Source: Ruminococcus flavefaciens
GTDB taxonomy: Bacteria; Bacillota; Clostridia; Oscillospirales; Ruminococcaceae
DNA length: 64,000 nucleotides
NCBI GenBank assembly: GCA_002310115.1
Contig: DBYI01000102.1
Span: 4,732-68,731 of the forward strand
Direction of reading: 5' to 3'
The notes under the pieces were generated by a model. It saw only the letters and a program-made list of their open reading frames with translations, was not told where the DNA came from and made no database searches. This document shows positions 60,258-64,000 of the stretch, piece by piece (position 1 is the stretch's first letter; every line of letters begins with the position of its first letter). The position numbers were made by a program, and so were the translations under genes.

Positions 60258-61835
60258 CTAATTATCCGTTATTTTTACGGTTATTGTTTTCTTTGATAGG
60301 TCGTTGTCCTTAGCACCAAGAATATAAACTTGAAGCTTAACAAGATCTGCAATTCCTATCTCACCATCAGCGTTAAGGTCAAACTCTACTGACTTCTCCC
60401 CTACTATTACTGCCTTTCTCAAAGCCAAAACATCGAACACATCTATTGCTCCGTCGCTGTTGATATCGCCGAGTATTATCTCCTTTGTTTCCGTAACCTC
60501 AACGGTAGTCGTGGTAGTAGTTGTGGTAGTTGTGGTAGTTGTGGTGGTGGTCGTTGTAGTCGTTGCTGTCATTTTCTGAGGATAGATATTAAGGAACAGA
60601 TCCAGTGACTCAAGTGGCTTTCCGTGAAAGTCGAAAAGTGCCTGATTGTCAAAGGACGATCCGCCTGTTTCAGTAGCTCCGCTGTCGTAGTCCTTAGCGT
60701 AGACCGTCGCCCACCCCGAGCCCTGCTGCTCCCAGTGCTTTTTCTGTTCTGCCCATGATATATCGGGAACGCCCAGCCAAGCAGGCTCCCAGTAGAAAAC
60801 GCCTATGCCATGTCCGTTGCAGTTAGCTACAGTCTGGAAGACATCAGCAAGAGCCTTAACCTGTCCGTCAACTGAAATATTGTACCTCAGATCAATCCCA
60901 CTTGTACTCGATGTTACCGTATTGCCGAAGGTGTCTCCGTCCTCGTTTGTATAGGGATAGGCAGTCTCGACAACCATTACGTACTTATTGTATTTGTTGC
61001 CGATATCCGTAAGAGTTTTTTGCAGATTATCCAATGTCCCGTGCCAGTATGAGTAATATGAACAAGCGAATATATCGTAATCAAGCTTGCACTCTGCCAT
61101 TACCTGCGCGTACCAGCCGAAATGTCCGTTGCCTGCATTGGCAAAATGATGTGCTATAAGAATATTCCTATCGAAGTCACGGACAGCTTTCTCACCGCTT
61201 GAGAACAGATCACATATCTCATACATATCCTTTTCGCCACAGAAGAAACAGTCTGTCTCATTTCCCACCTGAACCATACCGATATTGCTGCCGTTTTCGG
61301 TGAGATATTTTACGACCCACGATGTCCAGTTATATATTTCGCCTTTCAGTTTGTTATGGTCGTGAGGCATCCAATACTTAGGGCGTGTCTGCTTAGCAGG
61401 ATCAGCCCAGAAGTCTGAATAGTGTATATCTGCAAGGAGCTTCATACCATGTTCTGCTGCTCGTTTGCCTATCTTAGCAGCAGTTTCGAGGTCGGAGTGC
61501 CCTCCGCCGTAGGTATTTCCGTTATCATCGTGAGGTTCGTTCCATATCCTTACACGGATATAATTCACACCATGTTCGGCAAGTGTCTTAAAGATATCCT
61601 GTTCATTTCCATTGTCGTCGTAGAACTTAACACCAGCCTCCTCAATAGAAATGATAGACGAAATATCAACACCGCGAATGGGCTCACCACCATTAATACT
61701 GCTGTCAAAGTTTGTGAATGTGACCGAAGGGATATTGGCGGCAACAGCTGTCGTTTTTAAACTGTCAGTACGAAAAACTGAGGGAAATGCAATGAGTGCA
61801 GCTGCTAAGGCTGCTATTAATCTTTTTGCTTTCAT
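60258..61835 (-). CDS. GH53 endo-1,4-beta-galactanase with Thr linker and dockerin
   Basis: RGVDISS, HYSDFWADP.KQ, VQVGNET, VVET.Y, FYWEPAW, NQALFDF.G; dockerin GDINSDGAIDVFD. Confidence 0.92.
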   Translation of the reverse strand: MKAKRLIAALAAALIAFPSVFRTDSLKTTAVAANIPSVTFTNFDSSINGGEPIRGVDISSIISIEEAGVKFYDDNGNEQDIFKTLAEHGVNYIRVRIWNEPHDDNGNTYGGGHSDLETAAKIGKRAAEHGMKLLADIHYSDFWADPAKQTRPKYWMPHDHNKLKGEIYNWTSWVVKYLTENGSNIGMVQVGNETDCFFCGEKDMYEICDLFSSGEKAVRDFDRNILIAHHFANAGNGHFGWYAQVMAECKLDYDIFACSYYSYWHGTLDNLQKTLTDIGNKYNKYVMVVETAYPYTNEDGDTFGNTVTSSTSGIDLRYNISVDGQVKALADVFQTVANCNGHGIGVFYWEPAWLGVPDISWAEQKKHWEQQGSGWATVYAKDYDSGATETGGSSFDNQALFDFHGKPLESLDLFLNIYPQKMTATTTTTTTTTTTTTTTTTTTTVEVTETKEIILGDINSDGAIDVFDVLALRKAVIVGEKSVEFDLNADGEIGIADLVKLQVYILGAKDNDLSKKTITVKITDN

Positions 61836-61863
61836 GGTAAACTCCTTTGGCATACCGCCTGCA

Positions 61864-62511
61864 TCAGTCGTTTTTCTTGCGTGTCTTTATCCACGCTTTT
61901 TTGAGTGGGTTTTTTACCTGCATATCGTGGAAGTAGTTATACAGCACGTCCTGGTTGCAGCCTGCATCTGGAAGCGACTTGTACAACTTTTCCATTCCTT
62001 TCAGGTCTGTTCCGAGCTCTGAAGGAAACTCTATATCCTTGGCAGTAAAGACTACTGCACCGTTTACAGGAGTCTTGTCAAAACCGCCCTTTTTAAGATG
62101 ATGAACAACATTGTCTATATGGGTCTTGTTCTGCATCTGAGGATTGTAAAGCTTGTGGATCTTGCTGCCAATTGTGTGGGTAAGGTTTTTGCCGCTGCCT
62201 GTGATCTTGCCAGAAATGCCCTTTGTCTCAACAACAAGAACCCCAAAACGTCCGAAAACGAGGTGATCGATTTCGCAAGCTTTGTTGTAAAGGGGAAGAT
62301 AAGCATTGTTTATAATTCTTATATGATCGGCTTTCCCAAGTTTTTTCAGGAACTTTCCCACCTTTTTCTCGGCAGCTCTTCCCTTTCGCTTACCCTTGCT
62401 GAAATGGATACATATGAATATAATAAGCAGTAAAGCTGCTACGGTTGCAACTATTATAAGTATCCAATTCTTTTTTTCAAAATCAAATAATGAAAAAATA
62501 GATGAAATCAT
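61864..62511 (-). CDS. NERD (nuclease-related domain) protein with N-terminal TM
   Basis: G..AE..V, EIDHLV..R.GV.VVETK...G, NP..QN..H; start MISSIF after GAAGGAG. Confidence 0.85.
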   Translation of the reverse strand: MISSIFSLFDFEKKNWILIIVATVAALLLIIFICIHFSKGKRKGRAAEKKVGKFLKKLGKADHIRIINNAYLPLYNKACEIDHLVFGRFGVLVVETKGISGKITGSGKNLTHTIGSKIHKLYNPQMQNKTHIDNVVHHLKKGGFDKTPVNGAVVFTAKDIEFPSELGTDLKGMEKLYKSLPDAGCNQDVLYNYFHDMQVKNPLKKAWIKTRKKND

Positions 62512-62648
62512 AATTTTCTCCTTCAAAAACGAATAAACGGGATTATCTCGGTAATAATACATTTGAGCCGCTGAAATGTGCATTAAGCCGCAACCAGCGG
62601 TCACTGACGCTAAACGTCAGAATTCCCGAATCAAGAGGTGTTCTCGGT

Positions 62649-62867
62649 ATGTGGGACAAAATTGCTCTTATTCTTCTGGTAATCGGAGGAATAAACTGGG
62701 GATTGGTCGGTATTTTCGAGTTTGATATGGTAGCATGGCTCTTAGGCGGCGCTGGAAGCGTACTCAGCCGTGCTGTCTACATTCTTGTAGCTATCTCGGC
62801 AGTATGGTGTATCTCTTTCCTTTTCCGCAGGGACGGAGAACTCGCTGTACAGAATATAGACCGATAG
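62649..62867 (+). CDS. DUF378 small membrane protein
   Basis: L.L.VIGGINWGLVG.F.FD.VA.L.G. Confidence 0.88.
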   Translation: MWDKIALILLVIGGINWGLVGIFEFDMVAWLLGGAGSVLSRAVYILVAISAVWCISFLFRRDGELAVQNIDR

Positions 62868-62961
62868 ACCTGTCGAATACGCTCCTTCAACGATGCCGTA
62901 AGGAGCGGATACATACAAATATGCAAAAAGGGAGGCATAATGCCTCCCATAAATTTATGAA

Positions 62962-63204
62962 TTAGTCGCTGATATAAGGAAGCAGAGCGATGTGTCTTGC
63001 TCTCTTGATAGCAACTGTGAGCTCACGCTGATGGTAAGCGCAAGTGCCTGTTACACGTCTTGGAAGAATCTTAGCCCTTTCAGTCATGCACTTTCTGAGC
63101 TTGGTAAGATCCTTGTAATCAATCTTTTCGATTCTATCTGCGCAGAACATACAAACCTTCTTGCGAGGCTTCTTTGCAGGACGAGCATTTCTTTCCTTTT
63201 CCAT
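62962..63204 (-). CDS. rpsR: 30S ribosomal protein S18 (Cys-containing form)
   Basis: [32 protein letters not shown]. Confidence 0.98.
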   Translation of the reverse strand: MEKERNARPAKKPRKKVCMFCADRIEKIDYKDLTKLRKCMTERAKILPRRVTGTCAYHQRELTVAIKRARHIALLPYISD

Positions 63205-63243
63205 GACTTTTCCTCCTATCGTAATAAAGTAAAGTTAACTCAC

Positions 63244-63747
63244 TTAGAACGGAACATCGCCGTCACTAAGTATTTCCTCAAAATCGCTGAGGTTGCCGTA
63301 AGACATACTGTCATTACCTGCTGCGGGCTGCTGTGGAGCCGCCTGCTGCGGAGGAGCAGAATAATTATTATTGAAATTGTTCTGAGGAGCACTGTAGCCG
63401 CTGCCATTGCCGCCGCTTTCTCCCTTACCACCTACAAATTCGACATTATCAACCTGCACATCAGTAGTGTAATGTGTTACATCAGGGTGGTTCTTATCCT
63501 GATAATTATTATTTCTAAGGGAACCCTCTACACAGATGAGCTTACCCTTGCTGAAATATCTTGAAACAAACTCTGCAGTCTGTCTCCATGCTGTACAACT
63601 GATAAAATCAGCTTGTCTCTCACCTGTATTCTTATCAGCAAATCTTCTGTCGCAAGCTACGGTAAATCTACATGAAGCAATTCCGCTCTGTGTTTGTCTA
63701 AGCTCAGGATCGGCAGTGAGCCTTCCAATTAAAATGACCTTATTCAT
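63244..63747 (-). CDS. ssb: Single-stranded DNA-binding protein
   Basis: NKVILIGRLT.DPELR, ADFI.C.AW, C-terminal DVPF. Confidence 0.98.
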   Translation of the reverse strand: MNKVILIGRLTADPELRQTQSGIASCRFTVACDRRFADKNTGERQADFISCTAWRQTAEFVSRYFSKGKLICVEGSLRNNNYQDKNHPDVTHYTTDVQVDNVEFVGGKGESGGNGSGYSAPQNNFNNNYSAPPQQAAPQQPAAGNDSMSYGNLSDFEEILSDGDVPF

Positions 63748-63776
63748 CTGACCGCCTCCTAAATAATGAAGTAGAA

Positions 63777-64000
63777 TTATTCAACAACTGTTACGAGTGA
63801 ACGAAGAACGCCATCTGTGATATTGAGACGTCTTGAAAGCTCAGCAGGATAATCGGGCTGTGACTGGAATGTATAAATTACATAGTAACCCTCTGTCTCG
63901 TCCTCGATAGGATATGCAAGCTTACGCTTACCCCAATCCTCGTTGACTTCAACAGCTTCGGCGTGACGCTCGATTCTCTCCTTGAACTTAGCTACGAGAG
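63777..64000 (-). CDS. rpsF: 30S ribosomal protein S6, C-terminal part (runs off window end)
   Basis: ...DWGKRKLAYPIEDETEGYY...ELSRRLNITDGVLRSLVTVVE; rpsF-ssb-rpsR synteny. Confidence 0.95.
   Translation of the reverse strand, partial: LVAKFKERIERHAEAVEVNEDWGKRKLAYPIEDETEGYYVIYTFQSQPDYPAELSRRLNITDGVLRSLVTVVE

Noticed and set aside
62992..63564. 190-aa plus-strand ORF (and the many other short antisense ORFs in the track)
   Set aside because: Antisense to well-supported genes (here rpsR and ssb), without SD or recognisable motifs

Overview
Core-chromosome window from a cellulosome-producing Firmicute, most likely Ruminococcus of the R. flavefaciens group (inferred from three dockerin-bearing enzymes and their dockerin style). 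Housekeeping genes include nnr, T-box-pheST, T-box-asnS-asnA, sbcDC, lysine riboswitch-asd-dapA-dapB, queA/tgt, hflX, secA, hslO and rpsF-ssb-rpsR. The plant cell wall enzymes are a GH11-GH10-dockerin-CBM22-CE4 xylanase/esterase (flanked by an ECF sigma/anti-sigma pair, an AraC regulator and a sugar-sensor diguanylate cyclase), a rare GH124-like dockerin enzyme and a GH53 dockerin galactanase. The best candidate for an undescribed system is at 18334-20490 (minus strand): sigma-A promoter, 30-codon leader peptide, intrinsic terminator with a plausible antiterminator, rtcB, a GNAT, and an unannotated 55-aa basic protein ending in an ArfA/BrfA-like YRRKPKHK tail. It looks like an attenuation-controlled RNA-repair/ribosome-rescue operon, which is an inference. 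Small mobile-element traces (GTAG-type REP doublet, IS200/IS605 right-end remnant) and a YhfC-family pseudogene are also present. No CRISPR array, tRNA, rRNA, prophage or intact transposase was seen. All product calls come from motif recognition by eye, not database searches.
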